The position numbers and the translations under genes are program-made. Shown here one piece after another: positions 1 through 11,803 of a DNA stretch of 64,000 nucleotides (position 1 is the first letter of the stretch; each line of letters begins with the position of its first letter). The DNA comes from Schizochytrium sp. TIO01 (lineage: Eukaryota > Protista > Bigyra: Labyrinthulomycetes). The DNA lies in assembly GCA_004764695.1 (NCBI GenBank), contig SMSO01000033.1, positions 1,116,001 to 1,180,000 of the forward strand, in the 5' to 3' direction. Below the pieces are notes generated by a model. It was not told the DNA's origin, did no database searches, and saw only the letters and a program-made list of their open reading frames with translations.

Positions 1-719
1 GCAAATTTGACCTGTGCTTGAAGAAGACCATAGTTCCCCTCTTGGTAAAATGGGTATGCATGAAGACGATCTGCCCATGCACAGATTCCAGGATAAGATT
101 TTGAGAAATCACTACCGGTCGGCGGCTCTAGCTTGGGGTCAAGAAGACTGAGCTGGTCAATTTCTGTAATGAGTGCAATATCTGCGAGAGTAGCATATTC
201 AGTCCCGGCAATGTAAGAGGACTTGTTGAGTTGTTCCTCCATGATTTGAAGTGATGATGTAAGAATTCTCTCTTCGCGCTCCTGGGGAATCTCTACAAGA
301 TCAAACCGGGCGCTGTGCTTTGATAAGTCACCAATCTTGCTCAGAGCCAGGCGCCGGAAGAGGCCCGCAGCACCCACGCGAAGGTTGGAGTGTTTCCAAT
401 CCAGCCAGGAGTCTACAATAGCCCTAACTTGAATATCTGAGGCGGGATATAATTCCTTCTGCAGATCTTCACTTGCGTACTTTTCCACCAGATACCGCAT
501 GATGGCGTGGCTCTCGCTAAGCACGAAGCCACCGTCAATAAGGACGGGGTACTTTCCATTTGGATTGAGTTTATGGTACTCTGCCGTATTTTGCTCACCT
601 TTGCTCGAGTCAATTCTCTCCAGCGGCGCTTCAACATTCACAAGTTTACAAATCCACAACACTGCTCGAGTTGGCTGCGAGAGGTCTGCCCCCAAGACTC
701 GAACTGATCGTGATGCCAT
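1..719 (-). CDS. Glutathione S-transferase, theta-like class (3' end runs off the window)
   Basis: Absent from the ORF track because there is no stop inside the window. Manual minus-strand translation from the ATG at 719 is open to position 1: MASRSVRVLGADLSQPTRAVLWICKL...EYHKLNPNGKYPVLIDGGFVLSESHAIMRYLVEKY...LYPASDIQVRAIVDSWLDW...TLADIALITEIDQL. It shows the GST N-domain motifs (SQP.RAV, NP.GK.P.L.D..F.L.ES.AI.RYL) and the C-domain T.AD motif. Confidence 0.92.
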   Translation of the reverse strand, partial: MASRSVRVLGADLSQPTRAVLWICKLVNVEAPLERIDSSKGEQNTAEYHKLNPNGKYPVLIDGGFVLSESHAIMRYLVEKYASEDLQKELYPASDIQVRAIVDSWLDWKHSNLRVGAAGLFRRLALSKIGDLSKHSARFDLVEIPQEREERILTSSLQIMEEQLNKSSYIAGTEYATLADIALITEIDQLSLLDPKLEPPTGSDFSKSYPGICAWADRLHAYPFYQEGNYGLLQAQVKF

Positions 720-1367
720 CTTGAAAACAGAACCACGATTCTTAACTCCTCTCCTCACTTGGTTGAAGGTTTGCTTGTACAAAACGCCAAACTAAAACCT
801 CTGCAACAACTTCTGCAGACTCCTGCACTGCCACGGCAACGAGCTAAAGTCCACGTCGTCGTGGATCAAGTTGCCCTAGGTATTACCTTTCGTGCTGTTC
901 TCGCATCGGCGCAGATACATTCCTATTGACGTTTAGTCACGCCGAACCATGATCCAAGATTGAGATCTTTTCACTCTTCAAGTGCTTTATTGCTTCTTCT
1001 TTTTAAAAGATCTCTATCAACTCCTCTACTTTGCTTATGAAACGCTGTTATTTCTGGCTGGAAACAAGCTGACGCACAGACAGTGCAAAACTGGTTTTAC
1101 CTTGTTTTCCTTAATTAAGATCATGCTTCGAGTTGTGTTTGTGCGTTTATTCTTACACATGTCCCAGGAATCTCAGCAATTGAAGCGCAATAGCCGATGT
1201 TACCTGGGTATCTAGGCAGGTCCTATCTAGTACGGGTCGGTGATTCCAAGGATTTGCAGCATCGTTCTTGAACCAGGAGGATCGTGGAACCTGCAGGCTT
1301 CGCCGATTGCGGCCACTACGTCTGTTCATCAGATATATACTTCAGCGCATGATCAAATACTACAATA

Positions 1368-1396
1368 AAGAAGAAGAAGAAGAAGAAGAAGAAGAA
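1368..1396. repeat. (AAG)n microsatellite
   Basis: About 9-10 perfect AAG units, seen directly. Confidence 0.9.
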
Positions 1397-1613
1397 ACTT
1401 GGAGGCAGTATAGAGTGAGAAATCATTTCCTGTCAATGAATATTGTAACTTTAATTGAGTAGATAAGCTTAATTTGTGTGATTCAAGAGGATTCAAGTTC
1501 ACGTATGACAAGAAGAACAATGAAAACAGTAGCAAATCTAAGTAGTATATTAGAATGTTAGACTCTGACTTTGAACCAAAATGCAAACGCAATGGAGTGG
1601 GAATCTTATATAC

Positions 1614-3425
1614 TTAGATGACAAGCGCATTGTAGTGCACACCACCACAGTAAAGCACGTTAATCGTAGGTGCGTCCATGCCAGCCTTTCCTGGCAAGTC
1701 AAAGCAAGAGATGCGCTTAAACGCACCCCCACCCCCACCCCCACGAGAGTTGAAGTAACCTGAGCCCTTCTCACGCTCGTAGATGTGAACGTTGACCTGC
1801 ATAAGTCTTGAGCAAGCAGCACATTCGATACCACCTCCCCAGCCGCCAATTGCCATCCGCTGTGCGTATTGCTGTACAGTTCTACGACTATCCCACTGGA
1901 TCCAGTCCTTCAAGGGAGTTTCTGCAATTTCAAGCATAGGGTTGTTGGCAATGAAGTTTGCGACCTCCCGTCGTAGCTTTCCAGCCTGTATACGATTGCC
2001 CAAGCCATACGCCAAGGAGTGGAACAGACAGCTACCATCGCCAGGCATTGTGACAACCTGGGCATTACGCACATAAACTATCTTCCCATCGCCATTATCG
2101 CCAATGCTCATGGCTCGTCTTCGCTGAGCATCGGGATGCTTTTCCCTATTTTTCTTAAAATGAGGACATTTCGCAGTTACATGTTCGTAACTGTCGCAAC
2201 GATCACAAGTAGCAGAGTCCGTCTCTTGCTTGAGAACAGGGCTCTTTGAACTTCCCTTTGCAGCAGCAGATCGAGATCCATTTTTGCTAGATATTTTGGT
2301 ATTATTGATCATTCGAGTAATAGTAGCCATTGGACTCTGTTTCTTTCGTTTAGAAGGGTCTGCTAGTTTGCCCTCACGCCTTGCACGAGCCTCGTTGTAA
2401 GTTTTGTCTTCAAACTCCTCCTTTTCCTCTTCCTCTTCGCCCTCGAAATCACCCAAGTTCGAAACGTCATCTCCATTCTCGTCGTAGAATCCACTGCTTG
2501 GACTACCGGCTTCGTTGTAGTAACGATCTGTATATTTACCTCGCATGTCGGTTTCAGATTTGGCCATAGTAGCTCTGCGTGGCACATCCTCAGTGTAAAA
2601 GAAGTTTGGATCATCCTTATGCGGGAGCTGGTGTTCCCATCGCGGCTCGCCACGTACTCGAGTCACTTCGATATTTTTGTATGGATCATGAAAATTATAT
2701 TCATGTCCGTATCGAGTCTGCTGACCATCCAGATATGTTGAGACCCGCAAATTTTGCGAAGCACGAAGATGTTGCACGTCAACCTTGTGTATATTTTGGC
2801 CATACATTTGTTCAGCTTGGGCCTGTTGCATGCGCAGTTGCTCTTGCATGATTTGTTGCTTTTGCAGCTGTGCTCGTTCGTAAGCTTTTTGCGTTGCCAC
2901 ACGCATCTGTTCGCTATCTGCAGATGATGTGCGGTGAGGCCGACCTGAAGTTTGCATGGGCATTGGTAGACTAGGTGGGACTGATGTATCTTCAAAGTCA
3001 GTTTGTTCATCATAAACAGGTCTTCTCTGATGTTTCATTGTTGCTGAGACGCTGCTTTGATACGTGTCGTGGACATGATGAGTAAATGATGTAGCTGCGT
3101 ACTCATTGTAATTTGCCATTGCGGCATGGCGACGTCTATGCATGTTGACACTGTCATACTTGATTTTGGACCTTTTTGAGGATGAGGCTGGCATAGATGA
3201 GGGAACGTTTCCGTTCAGCCTGCCTACACCTTGAGAAATAGCATTTCGGGACGAGGAGCCTTGGTACGAGCCAATCATACCTGCTTGTGAGCTCCCTGCA
3301 GGTCTCGTATATTGCCTGTTGAATCGAGCTTGTGAAAGTTGGTGCCGAGCATTCTCTCTGGACCTGTCCAAGTCGCGAAGAAACTCAGACTGGCCTTGCT
3401 CTCGAGAACTTGAGCGGATCTGCAT
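1614..3425 (-). CDS. OTU-family deubiquitinase (C-terminal OTU cysteine protease) with a CCHC zinc knuckle and a long low-complexity N-terminus
   Basis: 603 aa. OTU motifs MPGDGSCLFHSLA (catalytic D/C), WGGGIE and GVHYNAL (catalytic H). CDRCDSYEHVTAKC fits C-x2-C-x4-H-x4-C. Confidence 0.88.
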   Translation of the reverse strand: MQIRSSSREQGQSEFLRDLDRSRENARHQLSQARFNRQYTRPAGSSQAGMIGSYQGSSSRNAISQGVGRLNGNVPSSMPASSSKRSKIKYDSVNMHRRRHAAMANYNEYAATSFTHHVHDTYQSSVSATMKHQRRPVYDEQTDFEDTSVPPSLPMPMQTSGRPHRTSSADSEQMRVATQKAYERAQLQKQQIMQEQLRMQQAQAEQMYGQNIHKVDVQHLRASQNLRVSTYLDGQQTRYGHEYNFHDPYKNIEVTRVRGEPRWEHQLPHKDDPNFFYTEDVPRRATMAKSETDMRGKYTDRYYNEAGSPSSGFYDENGDDVSNLGDFEGEEEEEKEEFEDKTYNEARARREGKLADPSKRKKQSPMATITRMINNTKISSKNGSRSAAAKGSSKSPVLKQETDSATCDRCDSYEHVTAKCPHFKKNREKHPDAQRRRAMSIGDNGDGKIVYVRNAQVVTMPGDGSCLFHSLAYGLGNRIQAGKLRREVANFIANNPMLEIAETPLKDWIQWDSRRTVQQYAQRMAIGGWGGGIECAACSRLMQVNVHIYEREKGSGYFNSRGGGGGGAFKRISCFDLPGKAGMDAPTINVLYCGGVHYNALVI

Positions 3426-5507
3426 ATCTGTACGCGGGCGTCAGCCCTGAACCTTTCTTCAACGTGGCGTTGTTGGCTATGGACGCTGAGGTTTTGCAAC
3501 CTTTCCAAGATCAGACCAGGCCTTCTCTCTGGCCTGGGTCTTTTTACAAGAATTTGAGTACTGCTTCCACTCCTTACACTGCACTATTGTGCACTATTTT
3601 AATGCTTTCGTATATATTGCTAGCACTCACACCTTGTAGCTAGGTTGATATTGTCTTATGTTGTAGCTGTTCAACTCCGCCAATAATTTCCTTATTTATT
3701 TACTCAGTCCAACGTGGTGTCGATCAGGGCACCGTTTTGCTGCCGTTCATACCCCACTTTGTCTGGAGTGATGATGTTTTGTTTGCCAGTAAAACCTAGG
3801 CACCAGTAACGACTGTAAGAGAAGTGAGCACACACTCCTCCAGATGTTGTTTTATGTTGTGGAACCTCTTATGCCGAAGGACTCATAGATTTGCGGAGAA
3901 CTGGCTTTGACTTTAAATACAAAGCAACCTTCTCTGTGTTCTCTTGGAATATTTCTGTATACTAAGTAATGCTGTGAAATTCGTTTAGAATAATCAAACT
4001 GCCAAATTAAGTTCCACCACGCCCCATTCAACGAGTCAATAACCTTGTGATACCCGCTTCGACGATAGATTAGCAGCCATGGTCGGTCGGAGAAATACTG
4101 GCTTCATAAAGCGGAAGGGTTTAAAGTATCCGTTGAACTATATCGTGCACGATAATATTTAAATAAAAACATTTTTTTTGTTGTTGTCAAGAAATTCTGT
4201 AAACCAAACAACAGCAAGTAGTATAAGAGCTATGAGCCATTGCCTGAAATAACTTAGTTGGATGACTATAACTTTATTTTATGAAGTTTTTTATAATGAA
4301 GAAAGAAGAAATAAATCGTCTTTTCGCACAACATGACCTTCTTGGATGGGTCCAAGTAAATTGCCCGCTTCAAGAGGGGAAAACATTCTGATCCCATGCT
4401 AATCATCCGCATTTATACTTCTCCGGGGAGGTAACACGTATTAGAGTATCTATGCTTGTGCTGCAGATTTGTCGAAAAGAATGTGTTTCAAAGTTTCTTT
4501 TTTATGTATATATATATATATATATATGTTCCTTAGTAAAAGCAGAAACTGAGGAATGATCTTTATATTACTATAGAAGTACTTTGAGAGTTTAATCCTT
4601 TGTGATGGTCATTGAGTGATTCAGGAGTTGAGATCATTTCGAATAATACCTCAGTATGAGGCATTTCTTATGCAAGACTAATTGTTTTTGTGAAGAGTAT
4701 TGTAAGTACCGAGGTAGTCGTAATATATGTATGATGATTTCAGAAGGTAACCAGTTTTCTACTATGTTACATATCTATTCCCTATTCTAATTTCTTTGAT
4801 CATCATGAACAATTCCTTGCCTTTGAAACGTATTCATAATGAGCTAGACTCGTATCAAAACTCTCCTCAGAATGTGGTTCAGCATCACAACCATGATAAC
4901 CTTGGTATCTTGAAAAAAAAAAGAATGGATAAATTGTGGTGTGTACCAATACGAACATAAGGGAAAATATGGGATTTTGAGAACGCAAGCGCGCGAGACT
5001 GCCCGCGATATATCAAGTTGGATGATAATTGATCCAAACAAGGGAATGAATGCCATTATTTGTGTCTCTTTATACAGTATTTATATGCGTGATTTGTGCA
5101 GCTAGCGATGGGGACGGCCAGCTATTTGTCATTAGAAATCCATCTTGAAGAGGCTAACCAAAAGAATTCAAAAATTGCCACGAATGGCTTCTATATTTAA
5201 ATAAGGGGTGTCAAGAAACAATTAAAATGGATCCCGCGAGCTTATTACTTGAACGAGAACATTCTCTTGTTAAGGTTTTTGATTCAAAGATGTGGATCCC
5301 AACGCGTTGCGATGTATACTTATCGCAACATAGTTTACTGAAGCTTCAACAAACCAACAATTGAGCCAAGCTCTTGTTGAGGTTCTAATTCGTGCCGTGT
5401 GTTTCTTACTGTCAGGTCTACATAGATAGCCGACCTGGTCTGTCCTCGCGTAGAGCACGACAAGAGAGCAAGTCGAGGACGCCTTCCAAATAAACAAGGG
5501 CCTAACG

Positions 5508-6125
5508 ATGGAATCGAAGTTTGCAGAGCCTGAAGGCATCGGCCGCAAAGGTGCAGAAAGTAAATTTGCTGATGAGTCCGAGTCCAAAACAGTAGATGCT
5601 AAACCTCGAAGAGCGCACGGAAACAATGAGTCCAAATTTGCGGATGACGATGGCGACAACCAGGGCCCCGCCACAAACGAAGATGAAACGCAACTTACAA
5701 CCATGGCAAGCATTTTTGGTGACGACATGATTATCGCTCATTTAGTGGAGTTCTGGGGAGAAACCCTCTCCGAGGATATCAACACTTTCTTTGCAGATTA
5801 TTGCAAAGAATTCGATGATGACAGCGAAAATAAGCTTGTGTACACAAAGATTCACAAAAAGTATGAGAAAGTCATGGAGAAGCATCTCCAGACTTTTCGT
5901 GAGCAGCAAAACATCACAGAGAGTGAGTTTTATTCACGCATTCGAAAGGCTACGGATAAGAGCGAACTAGCGCAAATGATTGTGGAGTTGGTGCTCAGCT
6001 GCGCAGATTTCGAGTGTTTCGTGGATATTATGAAATCAAAGCGCCGTCACATGGACATGGACAGTGAGCGCTTCGACGAGATTGACGATGCTCAGGACGT
6101 GCGGGACCTTGAATCGAAGTACTGA
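5508..6125 (+). CDS. BART-domain protein (ARL2BP/CFAP36-like)
   Basis: 205 aa. INTFFADYCKEFDDDSENKLVYTKIHKKYEKVMEKHL...LVLSCADFECFVDIMK matches the BART pattern (F.d..E.kL.YT.iH..Y...vE..l; DF..F..mM). Confidence 0.8.
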   Translation: MESKFAEPEGIGRKGAESKFADESESKTVDAKPRRAHGNNESKFADDDGDNQGPATNEDETQLTTMASIFGDDMIIAHLVEFWGETLSEDINTFFADYCKEFDDDSENKLVYTKIHKKYEKVMEKHLQTFREQQNITESEFYSRIRKATDKSELAQMIVELVLSCADFECFVDIMKSKRRHMDMDSERFDEIDDAQDVRDLESKY

Positions 6126-8525
6126 ACCGATTGCTAATCATGGCATGTTCATTCGTTATCATCAGCTTTGAAAGTGATGAGAACCTTTTCTTACATGGCC
6201 ACGAGCCCTATTTGCTCAACTAGCAGGTTCACTTTCTTGGTTTGGTTGCCCATCCATCATCCCAGAAGGAAGACTTTTAACTAAATAAATAAACAATAAG
6301 TAGGTATTACAAACAAACAAACAAATAAAATAAAATGAAAGATCTTCTTCCCCACAAGTTCTACACAGACAGTACTCATTGCTCAGAACAGAGGCGAACT
6401 CAGCATGAGCCTCTCCGAGCATCACGCCAAGCTCGTGATAGTACCTATCTGCCGTAGATTAGATTCACCTGTTCGCTGCAGAGCCTGCTTAGGTGCATAG
6501 CCCAAGAATAAGAAGCACCAACCAGACCCGGGATGATGCCATCCATACACAGAGTAGATAGGACCTATCATCTACATAGCACGAACTAGGTGCCTCCTAC
6601 TCACCTGCCTACGGCAAATTCACCAATACTGCGGCCAAAGTTTATATGTTCAAGCAAAGGAGAAGGACTGAAAGCAATGGTTTCAGGGTAGCGATGCTGC
6701 TTTTGAGAGCCAAATGAGCCCTACATAGTTCACTTTCACTTGGTATTCATATCTGAGTGGAAAAGTTGCTCTGCGTAGAGACATAGATATATCACCGAGC
6801 CATCTCAGCATCTGCTTCTTTCCAGGTTAAAGCTCGATGAAAGAACCCGGAGCGAAACAGAGCAGTACTACCTAGGCAGGCAGGCAGTTTGTCGATTGAT
6901 TTGTTGGTTGCTTGGTAAGCTGTGTTGTGCCATGAGCATAGATCGATGTGAGCAATCAAAACTTGCTTTTGTGTAGCTTCAATGGCACTCACGTAATGTT
7001 GGATTGGTTTCATTCTTCATGAGGGAGGTGAAATTCTTCTGACACAGACTGACTGGCCTTGCCTACAAAACTTGAGCCAGGATTATCTTAACCTTGCAAT
7101 GGCTGGGTGCCTGAGACGACAGCGGGTTCAAGCTGCTCGTGGTGGTGGCTCCTGACATTGTCGTTGTCGAGGAGATTGAAACCCGAACTGCAACCTATTC
7201 TACCTCTACTGTATCAACAAAAGGTGCAAGACAGATGGCTTTGATCCCTGCAAGTACGACAAGTACACATCCCTCCACGTTGACGTCAGAAGACATTCAT
7301 GCGTGCGTGGCACCAAGCATGTGCCTGGTCACGTGCCTCTGAGCTCGTAGGTTTGACGGGGATCAGCCCTGTTGTGGAGTTGAATGGAGCTGGAGTGGAA
7401 TGGATTGAACGACCCAAGTCGAGGCGGGCAGTGCTTTGCTTTGCTTTACTTGTTCATGAAATGAATCAATAAATCAATAAATCAATAAATCAATAGGAGA
7501 TTTGCAATGCAAACGGTCTTTTTTTCTTTTCTTTCTCTTTCCATTGAAGCGCTTCCTGCGCCGCCTCGTGAGGACTTGTGCTCGGACGGACCCAGGCCGT
7601 TACACCGGCGATGCAGGAGGAGGAGCTCGCTCGTGCATGAGCGAAGCACGAGACACCTTTGCGACAGTTTAGTTGGCCAACGCCGCCAATTTCTTGTAAA
7701 ATCTCTCGAGGAAAAGCCTCAGTCAGTCCTGAAAGATGATCTTTCATAAGTTTTTAACTATGAAAAGAGGAATGAATGATGTGCAATCTCATGGAAGCGC
7801 GCAAGTCCAAGTAGGTTACTTTACTTGTTCATGACGTCAAATAGAAACTAAGCTGGGAAAGGCCAGGCACTCATTGGAGGGAAAGAGAGCCACGCCCAAG
7901 GGAAGTAAGTTCATGGCTTTGCAATGAATGCTCTTCGACACAGACTGAGGCCGCTTCCTTCTCCTGGAGCGCCGCCTTTTAGTTTGTTTACATTGTTCCC
8001 TATCTATCCATGAAAACTAGTATTGGACTGTCTGTCTTGAATATCGCATTAAAGTACAGCGTATTAAAAGACAGTGCGTTGTAAAACACATGAGGTTTCA
8101 TATCTTTCTCGTTTGCCAGGGCCTAAAGAGGGCTAGTGTTATGGGTAGGAGGGTGGCCGCAAAGAGTTCTTTTATTCGACTTGAATGTTGTTTGTTTATA
8201 AAAGAAGAAACAAAAACAAATAAATAAACAAACAAACAAAACAGAGAAAGAATCCAAAAGGGAAACGAAGAAAAGAAATTCCATCTGCTCGCCGTCGCCT
8301 CGCTCGGGACCCTCTCGCTACCCTCTCGCTACCCTCTCTGTGTAGGACAACTTGTGGCTCGTGGAGAGTCTGACGTTACCGCTTGAGGTTCACGTTTACC
8401 TCGGCAAGACTCTGTACCGCTTTCAACTTCGGTGACTCGTCCTCCGAATCTATCCTACTTTAAATTTTGTTAATTCCCTCTTTTTGTAGAGTTGACGAAA
8501 CAAATCCAAACCTGACAAGCGAGGC

Positions 8526-9794
8526 ATGAGGCGTCTCCGCAGGGCGCTCCCGCCGGCTCAAGGGCGGAACCTTGCTACCTCTTCGGGACCGCAGAGCACC
8601 CAGGACTCTTTCTCGTCCAAACTCTTGGTTCCGTCTCTTCAAACCCGCGTATCTCCACAATGGAATGGCAGTCTTAGCCGTCGTGGAGGTCTTCTTCATC
8701 TCCGTGGGCAATATGCTCGCGCTCTGAGCGGCACACCGGTACGAACCGTAGAGGGATCGCATAGTAGGATGCGTGCTAGTGGATGGGCTTTCGTCGCTGG
8801 TGGCGGGGCTGTCCTTGCTGCGGCGTACTCTGCATCGGTGATCTTGGGCGGCAGCGGCAGTGGTAGCGGCCTCATGGATGGCGGCGAACCTCTCTGCAAG
8901 TCCGTCTCTGTGTACGCATCGCGGGGACCGCGCAGCGCCATGGAGGACGAGTATTACATCTCTCCAGACGAGCGTTTCTTCGGCGTCTATGACGGCCACG
9001 GCGGGGCCAAGGTCTCCAAATTCGTGCGCAGACACCTGCACGAGCGTCTAGATGCCTACGAAGCCCAGAACGATGCAGACGGAGGCCCTGAAAATGCGCT
9101 ACGTAAAGCATTCGCAGATGTGTCGAAAGGAATTCTTCAGAACAACAAGTTTGATATGCAAGGCTCCACTGCAGTAACTGTGCTACTGGGACGTGACGAG
9201 CTATGGTCAGCGAACTTGGGAGACTCAAGGGCCGTCTTGTGTCGTGACGGAGAGGCCATTGATCTGACAGTGGACCATAAACCGAATTCCGTGGAGGAAA
9301 AGTCTAGAATCGAAGCACTTGGCGGAAATGTCCGGTGGTATGGCTACTTAGGACCGGACAGGCAGCCTGTGCAAGGGATGGGGGCATACCGCATCAACGG
9401 AAATCTCGCTGTGTCTAGAGCCTTTGGAGATCGACTGGAAACACCATTTGTATCAGACGAACCAGATGTGGAAAAATTTGACAGGGACCATGATGCTGAC
9501 AGATTTATCATTCTCGCGTCTGATGGACTCTGGGATGTTATGACTAGCCAGGAGGCAGTGAAGTTCGTCATGCAGGTCATGACAGGATCTGTTGGCGCAT
9601 TGGGACAGGGAGAGAAGAAAACTAGGAGGCCATCAAGGTCGCTGACAAAGTGGATGCGACAGTACTCGGGTGATACAAACATGGTCCGAGCTGTACTTGA
9701 CACGCGTAAAGCGAAGATCTCCAAGTACCTCGTCGAGGAGTCTTTGCGGAGGGGCACCGCAGACAACGTCACCGTTATTGTCATCTGGTTGTAA
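8526..9794 (+). CDS. PP2C/PPM-family protein Ser/Thr phosphatase, probably organelle-targeted
   Basis: 422 aa with RSAMEDE, FFGVYDGHGG, GSTA, ANLGDSRAVL, LTVDHKP, NLAVSRAFGD, FIILASDGLWDV and GTADNVTVIV. The Arg-rich N-terminus and hydrophobic stretch suggest a mitochondrial presequence/anchor (inference). Confidence 0.96.
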   Translation: MRRLRRALPPAQGRNLATSSGPQSTQDSFSSKLLVPSLQTRVSPQWNGSLSRRGGLLHLRGQYARALSGTPVRTVEGSHSRMRASGWAFVAGGGAVLAAAYSASVILGGSGSGSGLMDGGEPLCKSVSVYASRGPRSAMEDEYYISPDERFFGVYDGHGGAKVSKFVRRHLHERLDAYEAQNDADGGPENALRKAFADVSKGILQNNKFDMQGSTAVTVLLGRDELWSANLGDSRAVLCRDGEAIDLTVDHKPNSVEEKSRIEALGGNVRWYGYLGPDRQPVQGMGAYRINGNLAVSRAFGDRLETPFVSDEPDVEKFDRDHDADRFIILASDGLWDVMTSQEAVKFVMQVMTGSVGALGQGEKKTRRPSRSLTKWMRQYSGDTNMVRAVLDTRKAKISKYLVEESLRRGTADNVTVIVIWL

Positions 9795-11803
9795 ATGCAT
9801 ACAGCGCAGCACCGAGGCTTCTTTAGTCAGGCTATATCTCCTGACATGCTTGTTTGCTTATTATATACTTGCCACGGCAGGTGAAAATAGATCAAGAGCG
9901 AAGAGGGAATCCCTTATATATATTTCAACATGCCTACGAGGTGCCGCAAGTCTCTCCGGCATGTACGTCCCTCTGTTGCAAATTGCTATAACCTTTGAAA
10001 TTTCGTGGCCCTCAATAGCAAACCTAGCAAATTATCCTGTTATCTACATCTTCGTCTGTGGGTATGGAAACAAGGCTAGAGCGCATCAATTGCCTGTGCA
10101 CATTAGAAGGAAAACATCGTCGTCTTTGAAAAGTGCAACTTGGCCAAGTCTATCTACCACTTACCAGTTTGAGGAAGTGGCGTTGGTGCACACAGCCATC
10201 TAGCCAGCCTTTCACAGATCTTTCTGTTGCCTCGTGATGCTAAATACTTTTATCATCGCGGTTTCATATTTGTGTGCGTATACTCTTTCCTTTCTACTTT
10301 CCCTCGTCATCGAAGATGAGCTATCGCACGCTGCTATATATTTGAGCTTCGGCATCTCCACTATCGCGTATAAGTGTATGCATGTATACATGCATATGCT
10401 CCTGCGTCACTACGTGCGTGCAGTCATGTCTACAAGCTTCATTCATAATAATCATACATACAAAAATATATACTACATATTTACTTTTTTGCAAGCTGAT
10501 TGGATTCTTCCGTTCGCATCATCACAGTAACTTGCTAGATGTTGCTACACTTTGGTGAACTTGTACCTTGAATTTAAAGTCTTCACGTTGTAGAATGTTC
10601 AGCCTCGAAGTTGCACATCGAATGTATGTTTTGCTGTATTGACTTCTTTTTTAAATTTAATTAAAAACATGAAAAACGTCAGTCTTCGTTTCCCACAAAA
10701 GCTGAATGTCCCAATTATGTAATGAAACAATAAGATTGACTTGAGCTGCATGTTGACGATCGTTGTAAGCCCAATCCACATGATCCCTAATATCCTGCTT
10801 TTATAGGTCATCTTCTGCGATCACCTTACGACATATTAGTTCTTTTTTACTAGCTTGAGGAGTGGCTTCTGCTGGTCTTGTTAGTCCTTATTTTGACATC
10901 AAATCCCGTGCGTATCGTAATAATGTTGTTAAGGATAGTCAAAGCTCGGATATTATACTGGCTTAGTTTTATAATATAGAGGCAACATTTTCAATAAATC
11001 ACAGTGGCTGAAACTAAAAACGGGAAAGAATGAATACCATTTTTTAAAATTTATTCTTTAATTTAAAAAAAAAAATTAAAAAAATATATATATATAGATT
11101 AACTAGTCACAGTTTTGCTTTAATCATGGCTGCCAAAAAGTTATTCGAGCGGAATTGATCAAGCAAACGTTACGAAACAAACTACATGTCCTCCGGGGCC
11201 TCGCTCTATCATGCAGCTGGCCTGAAAGACGATAGAATATAAATGAACTTTAGAAATATTTTTTCTGTCTTGTAAGTGTACGGCGTTCTTGTTAATTATC
11301 CTTGGGTTGGCATCGCTCCGTGCAAATCTTAAGAAAACACTGCAGAGAACAAGTCATCTTTAAGACTCGGTTTCATGAAGCCCTTAGATGTACCGAGGGA
11401 AGACATGCAGTCTGTGCGCATGAACATTTGCAAGCGAAAGTAATATTAGAGAGTATTGGTGGTATACTGTTTGGTTCCGGATTACCATTGCATTGTTGTG
11501 TGCTGAGGATGAAACGAAACGGAGCTCTGAGGTTTGAGTACGACCAGGAAAGCTAGTATGTAACACAACATTAATTAGATCTAGGGGGTTTAGAGACACA
11601 GCCACAGGAGAATTCTATAGTTTTCTCATTAAAACAAAGGGGTTGGGCCTCTAGTTCGAGCGAAATAGGTAAACCCACCCATCTATCCTACTTACACCAC
11701 TTCTTTGCTACTAAACCAGTTATTGGATTGAATATACTTGTTTTGAGAAATTTGGCAAAAATATGACTCAAAGCAGACAAAAAGATATATAGCTTGCGAG
11801 CTC

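Noticed and set aside
3275-3508. Possible frameshifted N-terminal extension of the OTU gene
   Set aside because: Short ORF with a non-ATG start and no motif. The main ORF has its own ATG with an in-frame stop just upstream.
6216-7342. Possible decayed gene between the BART and PP2C genes
   Set aside because: Multiple stops in all frames and no identifiable family motif.
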